DNA of 63,815 nucleotides, the filler included, from Reclinomonas americana ATCC 50394 (taxonomy: Eukaryota): assembly GCA_048213135.1 (NCBI GenBank). It is 15 parts of 15 records of this genome, joined end to end, with 100 filler letters (N's around TTAATTAATTAA, not from the genome) between each part and the next. Parts side by side here need not be neighbours in the genome. Positions count along the whole stretch, not along the records: positions 12,071 to 14,621 come from AFZH01023520.1; positions 14,722 to 35,349 come from AFZH01023521.1; 13 more parts are not named here. One strand, given 5' to 3'. The notes under the pieces are model-generated. The model had not been told where the DNA came from. It searched no databases and saw nothing but the letters and a program-made list of their open reading frames with translations. Every line of letters starts with the position of its first letter. Positions within the stretch are counted from its first letter, which is position 1. Both the position numbers and the translations under genes were made by a program. Below are positions 12,729-25,500 of the stretch, in pieces.

Positions 12729-14358
12729 GAGAAGTAACAGTTTCCCAATGCTTGCCCCACACTGTTCTTCTTGATATGATCAATTTCTTTTTGTCTTCTT
12801 CGTAGTTATTGCGATGGACGTCTTCTGGTGGTCACTGCTGTCGAAGTCTTCTTCCTGGCCTGGAGGCTGTGTGACATTGATAACACACACACTCTCTTTC
12901 TCTTATCGCTGTGCTACTATTGTCGCTGTTTTCTTGTCCCTCTTCTCCTGTCGTCTCTCGTTTTGGACAGTTTTAGTTGTCGAAGGAAAGCGCACGAGAC
13001 TTGTTGGCGATCGCTGTCATCGTTGTGCATGAATCAGTGAAGTTTGTATTATTCTATGTTTACAACGATACAGCACGACGATGATGCGCGCCCATATCTC
13101 GAGTTGTTACAGTACGCTCAATCATGTGTGTGTCTCTAGATCTGCACTGAAGCTTGTCGAAGAGGAGCATTCCTCTGGATCCGGATAAGCGTCACTGACG
13201 GCGATGCCTTTCGTCTCTTCCTCTCCGGCTCACCATCTTCGCCAGCGCCGGCGCCGGCGCCGTCGACCACTGACGCCACGCGTTCCCGTCGACGCGTGCG
13301 GGCTGTTGCAAGGATAACCTCTCTTCGGCGCTCACCAAATCGAGCTGCGCGGGGGGCGCGACCGCGGTCGCAGTTCAGTGTTTCATGATAAGTTGCAGAC
13401 ACACTTCGACATTGAGCGTCGCCGCTGCTGCTATCGCCTGCAGAGGTGGCCTCCAGCGCCTCTCGAGCTGCCACTTCGCGAAACTGAGCCGCGTCCAACA
13501 ACTGTTTGCAACTGGCAGTTCGAGTGCGGCCATCTGCACCGCGGACTTGCAGAGCACTCAACTCGGCCACGGCCACATTGACAGCCGGCTGTGCGCGTGA
13601 CCTTGCGACAGGAAGGCCGTCTGCAGCGGAGACACCAATAACCTCACTCGAAGAGGTTCGCACCCCAGCATGTGCGACACACTTGCTGGTGCCGCCCTTG
13701 GCACGCGCGCGGCATAGCGTACCACTGCTATGCCGCCGGGTCCACGCGGTCTCCCGCTATCGCTGCAGTACAACGACACTCTGTCGGGTTGTGCGCATGC
13801 GTCGCTGGGCAGGCGCAGTGCAAAGCGCACCTTGTTGCCCACGCCACGCAGCTCGCCAGGAAGGAGTATCGCGAACGAGCGTGGCGATATGCAGGTTCTG
13901 AGCCACCTCTGGCGCCATGCCGCACTTCACGGCAAAAGCAATCAGCTTGCATTTTACCAACGACGTCTTGGGAGATCGACGACGACTGGCACATGGATCC
14001 GACGGCTGTGTGAGTGGCATCACATGCTCACAAAAGGCGGCACACACACGCGCAAGATCGTCCATCTCGGTTCGGTGACGGGACAGAGATGTCCAGCTGC
14101 AGGTAGCCATGAAGTGCTCACTTTTTGCAGGCATCTCCCCGTAGTTCTGGATGATGTTCTGAGTTATGAATCGCTAGAGATCCACGGAGCACCGCTTCGT
14201 TTGGGTTTTTGCCCATTGGATCCCGAGGAAAGTATGGAAAGCTGATGTTGACCAAATTTTCATTCAATTTTACGTAACACTGATCGGTGGCAGGGCATGC
14301 TGCGTCTGGCACTGTGAGCTCGCGATTCACGCCACAACTGATGGCAGTGCTGGATTAC

Positions 14359-14535
14359 AAGCTGCCGACCGTCGTCACACTGCCGCCTTGGATCAAGCGG
14401 AACGTGCTGAAAGTGCCATGGCCACCAGACTGCACGATCCCCGCAGTCACACTGCCATCGGCGCCGCTAATCAAACGAGACGATGACTAGACTGCATGCT
14501 GCCGACCGTCGTCACACTGCCACCGGTGATAACCT
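14359..14535 (-). repeat. About 3 degenerate inverted copies of the 66-bp repeat of the 18.7-19.35 kb array
   Basis: ccgaccgtcgtcacactgccgccttggatcaagcggaacgtgctga aligns with the reverse complement of the array unit, cccaccgtcgtcacactgccgccgctgatcacaccgaatgtgctga. Confidence 0.8.
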
Positions 14536-15036
14536 GTGCTGGGGGTTGTTATTCCGTTCCACTCGACAGACTGCGTGCCAGCGTACGTGATCTGCCATGG
14601 AGTCGAACCATTCGCAACCTCNNNNNNNNNNNNNNNNNNNNNNNNNNNNNNNNNNNNNNNNNNNNTTAATTAATTAANNNNNNNNNNNNNNNNNNNNNNN
14701 NNNNNNNNNNNNNNNNNNNNNTGGTACCGGTGGCGATCGCGCCGGACCAGGGGTTGCTCAATGCAGATTTGCCGCCGCAGACCAAGCATTTTTCCGACTG
14801 CATTTGACAACCTGTCGTGCCGACGATGGTTCTCTCTCACCCCACCTCTCTCACACACGCACACACGCACACATATGCGCATTCTTTTTTCTCTCTCCCT
14901 CTCTGTGTCTCTCTCCCTCTCTGTCTCTCTCTCCCTCTCTGTCTCTCTCTCCCTCTCTGTCTCTCTCTCCCACTCTGTCACTCCCTTTTCTTCTTCTCTC
15001 CGCCCGGAGCTCACACTTCTCCTCCCGTCAAAACAG

Positions 15037-18000
15037 ACGGCGGCCCGTCCGCCACCGCCGGCTCCGACGCCATCTACTACATCGGCAGCACCCAGGCCAC
15101 CATCTGGCTGCAGCTGTGACTGACCTTGTCGGCCTGGGCGGTCTCTCCACCATTGCCTCGGTGGGCATTGGCGCCAACCAGTTCCAGGACATCAACACGT
15201 CTCTCACTGTGCAGCAGACGACGAACCTCGCCACCGGCTCCACTGCCTACCGCGCGTTCTTGACCGGCGACACTGGTCCCACCACTGTGACTAGCGCCAA
15301 CATCTCGTCTGCTGCGTGGCGCGGCTACACTATTGGCGCGCTCGCGGCCGCCAACGCCACCACTGGCCAGGGCTACACCATCAACGTGTGGACTGAGTCG
15401 CAGATCAACCGCTCGGCTGCGGCCTGGAGCGGCACTCTGACCACCAGCGGCTCGGATGCCACCAAGGTGTCGACTGCGGCGCCGACGCTGTCGTCCAACC
15501 TCCGCTACGCCTCGGCGTGGGTGGAGTGGGAGGGTGTGGCGGCCAATGTGGGTGTCATCAACGCTGCCTCGTGGTACGTCAAGTCGGACTGCGGCAGCGG
15601 TGCGGTGATCATGACTGTGGTCACCACCATTGCCGACCTGACCGACTTCGGCATCCCGGCCGGCAGCTCTGGTCTGTCGCGCAACCGCGTGCTCGTCAAG
15701 GTCACTGGCCTGCCTTGGCACCAGCTGCGCCATCTCGACTGCCTACAACAACGGCAGCGGCACTCCTGGTGCCAACGGTGCCAACCTGACGTTCTCGACC
15801 GCCGTGACGGTGACGCTGGCGTCGGGTGCGCCGGCCACGCCGACTGGCTACGCTGTGGCGCCGTACACTGGCTCTGTGGACCAGGTCACTTCGACATCGT
15901 TTGTCGTCGCCTTCAACTACCCTGCCACCATTGGCACGGGCGACACTACCGCTGCGCCGACCGCCGCCTTCACGGTGACCAATGCCAGCACTGACCTGCC
16001 TGCCATCACCACCGGTGCGACTGGCGCTGGCACGCTCACCACCTCGTTCTACGGCCTGTTCTCGTACAGCTCTGGCTTCTACCAGCAGATCACCGGCTTT
16101 ACTGTGAGCGGCAATGCCAACAACTTTGTGGCTGCAACCCAGTACACGGTCAAGGTTATCTTCACTGTCAGCGGCACCGGCACGACTGCGTCGGCTGCCG
16201 GCTCCATCCAGGCCACCACCGACAACAACGGCTCGGTGCACGTGCCTGCTGCGCCCACCAACGTGGCGTACTCGCGCCTGTTCTCGACTGGCGTGCGCCT
16301 CAACTTCTCGACCCCGATCAGCGTCGGCGGCTCCAACACCGCCACCTCGAGCGCCACGCAGAGCAACGTGACGATGCCGACCCCGAACTTGAGCGCCTAC
16401 CGTGTGGTGTACTCGACCACCAGCGCCTCGTCGGTGACTGCGGCCACTGCCGGCTCTGCCGTCAACATTGACACCAGCTCCATCCCGACCACCAACGGCA
16501 CCGGCACTGGATCGTGGAACAGCAACCTGTCGACCTACTACATTGACGTGACTGGCCTGCCGGCTGGCACCTCGGTCAACCTGCAGATCTGCGCCAGCAA
16601 CCAGTTCTCGATTGCCTTCCCGAACTCGCCCTTCAACCCGGCTGGCACTGCCGCCAACCCGGTGACGTGCTTGTTCAGTACTGCCATCAACCTCACCACT
16701 CCGGCTGCCTCTGGCGTCGTGCCGAACTCGCCGACCAGCCTGGTGGTGACGCAGTACGGCCTCACCAACATCTTCCTGCAGTGGACGATTCCGCAGAAAT
16801 TTGGCTCCAACGCCGTGACGGTGTTCATCATCTTCTGTTGCCAGGGCAGCGCGACCCCGGCCGTGGTGTCTGTGGGTACGGTGACCCTGCCGGCTGGCTG
16901 GGCGGCCACCGCGGCCGCCGCTTACAATGCTGACACGACGTCGACGCTGACTGCCAACACGTCGCACACGTACCAGGTGTACGCGACGGCCGCGTCGACC
17001 AACTCGGCCACGGCTGCTGGTCCGATCACTCAGACCACTCACAACACCAGTTGCGTACGAGGGTGGAGAAGGGGAAAAGGGAAGGGGCCATATGGAAGAG
17101 AGGGGGAGGGAGAGGGAGACAAAGGGAAGGGTGGAGAGGACGGCTATGAATGATTTGTCAGTAAGAGAGACAACGAAAGGACCGTGTACCTCTGCTTTGC
17201 GTTAGTACAGTGCTTCCTTGTATGTGCACGTTGGAGAGTTCTGCGTAACTTTTCCTTCGTGTACAATGTGAGGAGAAGGAGAATCGCTGCTCCTTTCTTT
17301 GTGTTGTTGGGTGCGTATGCTTTGTGTTGTGTGGTGGGGGAATAGTAATGGACTGTCAGAGGGAGGAGAGGGAGGGAGCGAAAGAAGTTGAGGGGGTTCG
17401 TGGAAGAAGGGCTGTGCACATGCTTGAGGTCCTCTTGTTTAGTTGCTGTCTCGCTCACCCCTTTTCTCACCACTCAGATGACGCGCCTGTTTCCCCAGCG
17501 GCCCCGACGCTGAGTGGCGGGGTCGCCAACTCGGAGGGCACCAACTCGAGTGCTGGCTGCGCTGCTGTGCCTGGCACCCTCGGTGTGGGCTTCTCTGGCA
17601 ACTGCTACCAGGACACCATCACCAGCATCTCGTGGGCGTCGCCAATTGGCATTGGTGGCACCTCGATCAACGGCTACGTTGTGACGCAGAACACCAGCAA
17701 CTGCAACCGCACGTACACGTGGACGACGCCGACCGCCAACTTCTCGATCCCGACCATTTCGGGCAAGTCGTACGCCTACGCCATGCATGCGCAGGCCACC
17801 AACACCCGCTCGGACTCTGGTGTGACCTCGACGCAGAACGGTGCTCAGTCGGGCACTCTGTCGCAGATTGCCAACTCGATTGTGCGTCCGTACCCGCTGC
17901 CGGCTCTGACCACTGGCGGCTCGGCTGGCACGACTGGCTCCGGCTACGCCACCTGTACGCTGTCGACCCCGTCGACTGTGTGGGGCACGCTGTACTCGCT

Positions 18001-18705
18001 GACCACGTCGGACGGCTTCTCTGGTGCAGAACCTAACCAACGTCACCTCGACCACTTTTGTGCAGGGTTTGTGACTCTGTTCACTGGCTCGTTCGGCTCG
18101 ACCACCTCGACGCTGACGGTGAATGGCCTGACCTCCAACACCAAGTACCGCATTGGCGTGTCGTCGTTCAATGGCTACCAGACTGCCTCGTCTGCGTCGA
18201 CCATCACCATCACCACTGCCTCCTCGGTTGTGCTTCCTGGCGGCATCACATCGCTGTCGTCGAACCTTCTGCTCAAGCGTTCGACCTCGATCTGGCTCAG
18301 CTGGGGACAGCCGCTGGAGACCGACGGCCAGGGCTTCGTGAACCAGTGGCAGGTGTCGTGGCGCGCAGCTGCGGCCAGCACGCTGACCCAGAACACCACC
18401 TCGGTGCAGCAGGCTGTGATCCGCGGCCTCACTGACGCCACCAACTACTTTGTCGACGTGCGCGGCATCAACGGCATTGGCACGTCGACCACTCAGGCGT
18501 CCTTTGGCGATGGCATCCTCGGCAACGGCCTCAACAACAACGACGTGCTGACGGGCCAGGTGCCGAACGACCAGACCAACTTTGCGGTGACCAGCAACAC
18601 TGGCACGGCGATTGCGTTCACGTGGACGACTGCCACTGGCGCGTCGACCACCGTCTCTGGCCAGTCGCTGACTGGCATGGACGTCGACATGACTGCGTCC
18701 AATAC
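15037..18705 (+). pseudogene. Thr/Ser/Ala-rich fibronectin type III repeat surface protein, frameshifted and 3'-truncated
   Basis: FN3 hallmarks include PTSLVVTQYGLTNIFLQWTIP, LTVNGLTSNTKYRIGVSSFN and STSIWLSWGQP...IRGLTDATNYFVDVRGINGIG. Frame changes occur near 15107 and 15715, with an apparent compensated pair near 18025-18070. An intron lies at about 17050-17477. The coding pattern stops mid-domain at about 18700. Confidence 0.75.
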
Positions 18706-18707
18706 GA

Positions 18708-19350
18708 AGCCGGCAGTGGCGATATCGATGTGGACATGCTGGAGACCACTTTGGCCAGAACATTCGGTGTGATCAAGCAGCGGCACGACGGTGGGCACGC
18801 TGCAGAGTGGCTCGGTCAGCACATTCGGTGTGATCAGCGGCGGCAGTGTGACGACAGTGGGCACACTGCAGAGCGGCTCGGTCAGCACATTCGGCGTGAT
18901 TAGCGGTGGCAGTGGGACGACAGTACTAGTGGGCACGCTGCTGAGTGGCTCAGTCAGCACATTCGATGTGATCAGCGGCGGCAGTGTGACGACGGTGGGC
19001 ACGCTGCAGAGTGGCTCGGTCAGCACGTTTGGTGTGATCAGCGGTGGCAGTGTGACGACGGTGGGTACACTGCAGAGTGGCTCGGTCAGCACGTTTGGTG
19101 TGATCAGCGGTGGCAGTGGGACGACAGTACTAGTGGGCACGCTGCTGAGTGGCTCAGTCAGCACATTCGGTGTGATCAGCGGCGGCAGTGTGACGACGGT
19201 GGGCACGCTGCAGAGTGGCTCGGTCAGCACGTTTGGTGTGATCAGCGGTGGCAGTGTGACGACGGTGGGTACACTGCAGAGTGGCTCAGTCAGCACGTTC
19301 GGTGTGATCAGCGGCGGTAGTGTGACGACGGTGGGTTCATTGCAGAGCGA
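18708..19350 (+). repeat. Tandem minisatellite: 8 full 66/72-bp units plus degenerate flanking units
   Basis: Unit ggtgggcacgctgcagagtggctcggtcagcacattcggtgtgatcagcggcggcagtgtgacgac. Units 2 and 5 carry a 6-bp insertion, giving a 204-bp higher-order duplication. Confidence 0.95.
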
Positions 19351-19599
19351 CTCATGATCAGCTGGTGATTGTGATCATGACGGACGACACGTACAGGCAG
19401 CCACGACGGAGGGTTCGTCTTGTGATCAGTGGTTGTAGTTTGTTTGCCAACTGTCTGTCGTCGTCCGTATAGCTTCTCGCTGGCCCTCTGCAGCAGTGCC
19501 ACCTTCATCGCAGCGACACTCGCCGGAGTTTTTTTCGAACAAACTGACAGTAAACTAACTCAAAAATAGACCACATAACAATCTCTCTGACGTAATTCG

Positions 19600-22500
19600 A
19601 TGAGCGCGCACACACACACACATTCCGAGCATGAGCTCGACGCTGCAGGCCCGAGTTCGAGCAAGCCTACTGCGCCCAAGCGTGCACAAGCAGCGCGCGC
19701 AGTCGGCGGCCGCGGAGACACTGAGAGGCGCCTGCGTCAACAACTTCTTCGCTCGGTGTTCGAATGTGTCGACTTCCACAGCCAGTCGCCTACCGTGTGT
19801 TCTGTGGCGAAGGGCATGCTCGACGCGCTTGCCAAAGCCATGGAAAGCAAGCCCAACGACGTGAAGTCGGTGGTGGAGAATATCGCACCAAGAGATGTTC
19901 TGGACGAGACGGTGCGTGCACGGACTATAGCTAGCTAACGAAACCTGCTATTCTCACTCACACTGGTGCGTATACAGCGGTCTCTGCTGCGGGAAAAGGT
20001 AGAAGCAGCTTGCGCAGAGGGGGGAGCGTTCGAGGACATTGACGTTCTTCTCAATGAACGACTCCATGCGCTGCGCCACCGCTTCAACCAGGTTGTCAAC
20101 AGTTGCGTAGCACAAGTGCACATACACACACGAGCACGCGTACGCGCTTGTTGTTGCGCGCATGCGCTCTTTGCTTGTCCGCGCATGCGCACTGACTGAT
20201 CCCGGCTCTCTCTCATGATCTCCCTCTCACTCAGTTATCCGTGAGCGACACGGGACGCGATGCAAGTGGCTGCACATGGTTCCCGATTCACTTGTCAACA
20301 TGTTGATACCATTCTCTGGAGCCTCCCTTGCGCTGGAGCAAGGAAAGTCGACGCCCACCGCCCGGGAAATGTCTCCTACTCGCACCAAGCAGTTGATTGA
20401 ACTGGCGCTAATAACCAGCTCTTGGCCTTTCCTCTACGGCGATGAGAATCCGGAGTTGCGGCACCTACTGTAGTGACATCTTGTGTTAACTCGCTGCGAA
20501 CTGTTAACTGACTCGTGTATGCTTGCAGTATCGATGATGTCGATTTGCTCCAACTTCTCGCTGTGTTGGACGAACTTCACAGCTCGCTCCAAGAGCTCTC
20601 TCGCGCCGCCCCCGGAACCAGGACTGTGTTCACGGCCGAATCCGCTTCCGCATCCGCGGCCGATAAGCGATCGCGAGGCCGACGCGAGGGGCTCCACTTG
20701 TGCATGAAGATGGACTCAGAAGAAGCGGTGCAACAGCTGGCCGAAATCGTGTCGAGTCCGGAGAGCTCCTCGCCTGTTGACGTGGTTGCACTGTGCCTCA
20801 TACACGACTTCTGCATAAGAGAAGTTGCCGAAGCTGACGCGAAACGACGACGCGCATTGCAGCTCGAGCTTGAGGCGAAGAAGTCGGAGGAAGAACAGGC
20901 AGCAAAGGCGTCATCCGGAGGATCATCTGCGACAGCAGTGCCGGAGCCGGAGCCGGTACCGGTGCCCGCAGCTGCGCCGTCGACAGCACCAGCTGCCCAG
21001 CAGCGTCGACGCGGACAACGCTCTGCAGCTGTAGATGACGAACCGCTTGAGCTTTCTCTCAGCGACATCGCTCTGGGAACCCTCACCGAGGCTGCCGAGT
21101 GCCTAGCTGCTGGAGTGCAAGCGTTGCGAGAAGACGTACACAAATTCGCACATGCCAGGTACGTAAACTTTAAATTTGCAACAACAACGCTGCATGCGTT
21201 GATACCACAACAACGCTCCTTCTCATGCATAATTCTCTCGCAGGCGCAATTTTGCGGCGACAACAGTGTGGCAGACTGCGCGTGCTCGGAGAATGAACGT
21301 GCACCGTCAGTTGTGTCAAGTCAATCAAGAACAAAAAAGGCACGGAAGCCGATCAACTGCCTGTTATGTTTGCATGTGTGCTGACTCGTGCGCTGGCCAA
21401 CAGGCGTCGACACGCAGCAGCTGCGCAGGCGGGCGAACCAGCTGCCGGCGCCGCCCCTGCCACTGTCGCCGTGTTGGCACACGACGAGGCCCCCATGTCA
21501 AAGCAGCAGTCAATGGCAAGACACAAAAGAAGAGAGATTCAGTCGCTGCACCGTGTGTTTTCTGAGCACGGACTGGCGCCGGATCTGCTCGTGCATGATG
21601 AGGCCGCCGGCGGGTCAAGGACGTCGGAGAAGAAGGCCAATCGCACGACTGGCGCGCTTTCGGCATTCAAGAAGAGCAGGTCAGTCGCGTCGACAGCGCT
21701 GGAGTATACTCGTTGTTTCTGCAAACAAACTCAACCGCTTCTTCCCTCACACCGCTGCGCACAGCACATCTGGAAAAACTGGCCCACTTGACACGCACCA
21801 ACAACTACAGGCACTGCGACGGCACTGTGAGAAGTCACACAATGCGCGTGGACAGGAGGAGCCGAGGGTTTTTATTCAGCAAGCTGCAGCTGCGCAGCCA
21901 AAGAGCAAGAAGAAGAAACCCAAGGTGTGTTTGATTTACATGTATACGCCACCACCACTTTGCGCGCGCAGCGCAACGCACATTACACGCATGCGCACTC
22001 ACGTGATCACTCCTCAGCGCACGCATGCACAGGCGCCAGTTGCAATTGCTGCAAAAGGCAGCGAACATGACACCAGCGCCGCTGGCAAGAAGGCGACTCG
22101 GGGCTCGACACGACGTGGCACACGAGGCGCCGGGCGTGCCGTCAAGCGTGCTCGGCCGACAACCGCAGCAGCACCGTCGTGGGACTCTGAATATGATGAC
22201 GATGGTGTCAGCGACGATGGTTCATCATCTTCCTCGTTGACGTCAGAGGAGGAGGAGGATCACGACGAGCTCAAGCGGACGGCCGCTGCTGCCAGTGACC
22301 AAGATCACAACGAGGGTGAGGGCGAGGGTGATGACAGTGACGCTGAATCGGAGGAAGACGAAGCTGCCGCTGGGTGTGGCTCGAAATCCGATGCACTCTT
22401 GTTGACGGTCTGTTTGTCGACATGTCAGTGTTCTTCGGTGACAGTCACTGCACGATATTGACTCTCTTTTCCCTCTCGATTTGCAACACACACAGGAGGG

Positions 22501-25500
22501 AAGAATCACAATTCCAGGGCATCTGTTCACTGCAGCTGACCATGACTGTGGGGAGCCCGCGCTTCTTGTCGGCACCTTACTTCGTGTCTGTGAGATTGCG
22601 CAAGAGGCAACGGAAGTGTTCGGCGTCCCGCTGGATGATGGGAAGGCGACATACACTCCCACCGACCGCGAACGAGCGATGCTCGAGCATGCGGCGCAGT
22701 GCATACAACGCTTCACGATTGATGCGACCAGTGCTCAGCATGCACAGAAACTGGCCACTGAGATGAGGCCAGCGCCGGTGCGTTGGGTGGTAGTTGTTAT
22801 CGCATGTCTTTGCTTATGATGCTCACTTCATGCGTGTGTCACACAGAATCCGCAAGCAGCAGCTGCGCATGCCGCCGCAGAGGGGCAACAAGGAGCACTT
22901 CTGCGGAAGTTTATCTCCAACCATGTGGTACCCGCAGCTCGGGTAGCTGCTGCGAGTTCAGCGACAGTTTCCGGGGGGTCGCATCACATTTGCACTCTTC
23001 TCTCGCTGTTGGGCGCCCATAGCGATCAACTAGATGAAGCAACACTTGCGCTACTCGGCAGTCTCGTGTGGCTATCATCGTCGAGTAAGTCGACTCCGCG
23101 AAAACTGCAGCTTTCCTCAAGGTGAGCAACCGTAGTTCTTTTTGAACTGTGCTGCTGGTTGTGTAGAAAGAAAGCACACGGAGATGAGACGGCGGCTAAT
23201 TGCTGTGGATCTTGCTTACTTTCGAGGAGAGGGGAGCAGACGAGACTTGCTCGCAATATTCACTGGAAGTAGTAACTTGTCCATCTTTGTTGCAACATGT
23301 TGCAATTGTGCATCAGTGATGTTTCTTTTGTTGTTGAAGAAAGCACACGATCGACAAGGTGTTGGCAATCACTGGTACATAGATATTCATTACTGTGCAT
23401 CAGTGATGTTCTTTGTTTTGTCATTGTTGTTTCGGGTGATTTCTGTTTGTGGTTAGCATTGCACACGCACACGAGACTACACCAGCTTGTTGGCGATCGA
23501 TCACTACGTAGATGCTCATTGTTGTGTATGGTTCAGTGGAGTACTGCGTTTCTAGTGAAACGTAGTTACTGTTTTGTTGTAGCATACTGATGATGAGGTT
23601 GCTGGAAGAGAAGAACGGAGAGCAGTCACAACCGTAATCCGATTGTATCTGTCCGTTCTTCTCTTGCTTGTATTCATCATCAGCGAGAGTCACGTCTCAT
23701 CGCAAGCGCACGTACGCGTCTCATCGTGCTGTGTCTCTTATTAATTCGTGATGATGTCCCTTTGTCTCTTGCACATCGCCACCTTAGTCACGATGCCTCT
23801 TGGTGGTACTCAATCGATCCGCACTCCCCCCTTTGTGGTTTGTTACGCGTACGCAGTGACGGAGCAGTGTTCCGGGTGAAGGCCTCGATGATAACATCGT
23901 TTGCGTTTCGGCGCTCTCGAATGAGGAAAGGAGCTGCAAAGGGAGCGCGCAAAATAGCCCAAGACCATGCAACTGCGAGGCAGGAAGGTGGCGCTTCGAA
24001 GAAGAAGATGTTGCGTCGTGCTTGCGTGGTGTATAATACAATCAGTCTATAGCCAGTTACACGCTGCAGCTGACCATGACTGGGACTCTCTCTCTCTGTG
24101 AACGAAACAGTGGTTCATTTGGCATCACGAGCTTCCACGGCGCCAAGAAAGTGGGTGACACCATCTCGTACTCTGTCAGAGTCCCGCTCAATGATCCCGG
24201 GAACTATGGCGATTTCTCCATACGCTTTCGTGAAGTCGAAGTACCTCCAGGCGATGAGCCGGCTGTAACGTGAGTTGCTAGTGCAATGCCTGTGCATGTG
24301 CAGTGCACCAATGATTGACACCATTTTGTCGACACATGTACAAACAGCGTGGAAGTTGGACCGCTGGAAATAATTGGCGATGAAGCAGTGGCTTCCATTC
24401 TGGCCACCAACAAGAAGCATTACGTGCGCCTTTATTTTGAACACAACGTTGTTTCTGGCAAAGCAAGGTGCGTGGCAGTTTTTTTTATTGCGGGCAACTC
24501 GTTGAATCGACACAATCGCAACTACAGTCGCTGCGATCAATTGAACACCTACTCTCTCTCACACGCACACACACGCACACTCTTCTTTTGCCTCTCATGC
24601 GCAGAATAACGCACGCACGCCTCAGCGGACTCAGGCAATACAAGTGCGGCTTAACGAACATCTCCCTTCCAGTCGTGCACAATCAAACACGACGTATAGT
24701 GCGGCAAGAAAAACATGGCGTCGATCACGGATATGCCATCATGTGCCGCCCGAAGATGCCCGAAGTCGGCAGCCTTGCGGGACCGCGTGCAAGAAAGACG
24801 GAAATTCTTCGCATGCGACTTGGGAAGGTGGACCTTGACAAAGTGTCGGGGGACATTGAGGTGATTGACGCAGCGCTGTGTGCAGCGAGCTGAGTGGTGT
24901 AATTTCTGAGTCTCTCTCTGTGCTCGTAGATGATGGGAACATTCTTGGAAAGTCTCTCTTCTCCAGCCCATGCGTCCGGAGAAATGGTGGCCATCTTTAA
25001 CCGGCTGTTCGTCCGCCGCCAGCATTTCGGTGTCCAGAATCTGAGCAACAGGAAGAAGGCGCCACTTTACGCGTCTGGACAGCATGCGATAGAGGACGCT
25101 CTCGCACACTGTGTGCAGCAACAGCAGGCACGCGACAATGGCAATCCCTGCGTTTCCATGCCTGGCACCACGCACGTGCAGCTGTTCGTCCATCAGCTCC
25201 TGCCAAGTATCCGAGAGACGGAACAGCAACCAGTTGCAGTGGGTGGAGCATCTCAAGTGACGGACTCAAGTGCTGAGGAGATGCATGTTGGTGAGGAGCG
25301 ACAAAAAGCACTTATATATTCCACACCATTGCTGTTCGTCTCTCTGATGATGATGATGTGCATCCACCGCCAGATCCGAGCTCTTCTTCCACTATGAACG
25401 CCACTCTCAACAGCACCGGCGAGCCCGAGAAGATGATGAGCGACGGCGGTTCACGGGAAGATGGTGAGTGCTTCTTGTTCGGAGCAGAAAGTGCTCGCAG

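Noticed and set aside
13100..14300. ORFs between the retrotransposon and the inverted repeats
   Set aside because: There are no recognisable motifs and the coding strand is ambiguous.
15702..18763. Long antisense ORFs opposite the FN3 gene (similar shadows occur opposite other genes)
   Set aside because: They are shadow frames caused by strong GC3 codon bias on the sense strand.
18708..19350. CRISPR-like array next to a Cas12/TnpB-related nuclease
   Set aside because: The units are contiguous near-identical repeats with no unique spacers, so this is a minisatellite.
18493..19357. Repeat-protein ORFs (GTLQSGSVSTFGVISGGSVTTV and its antisense)
   Set aside because: Both strands are open simply because the unit length is a multiple of 3. 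There is no ATG start and no clear splice link. Coding is not excluded but is unsupported.
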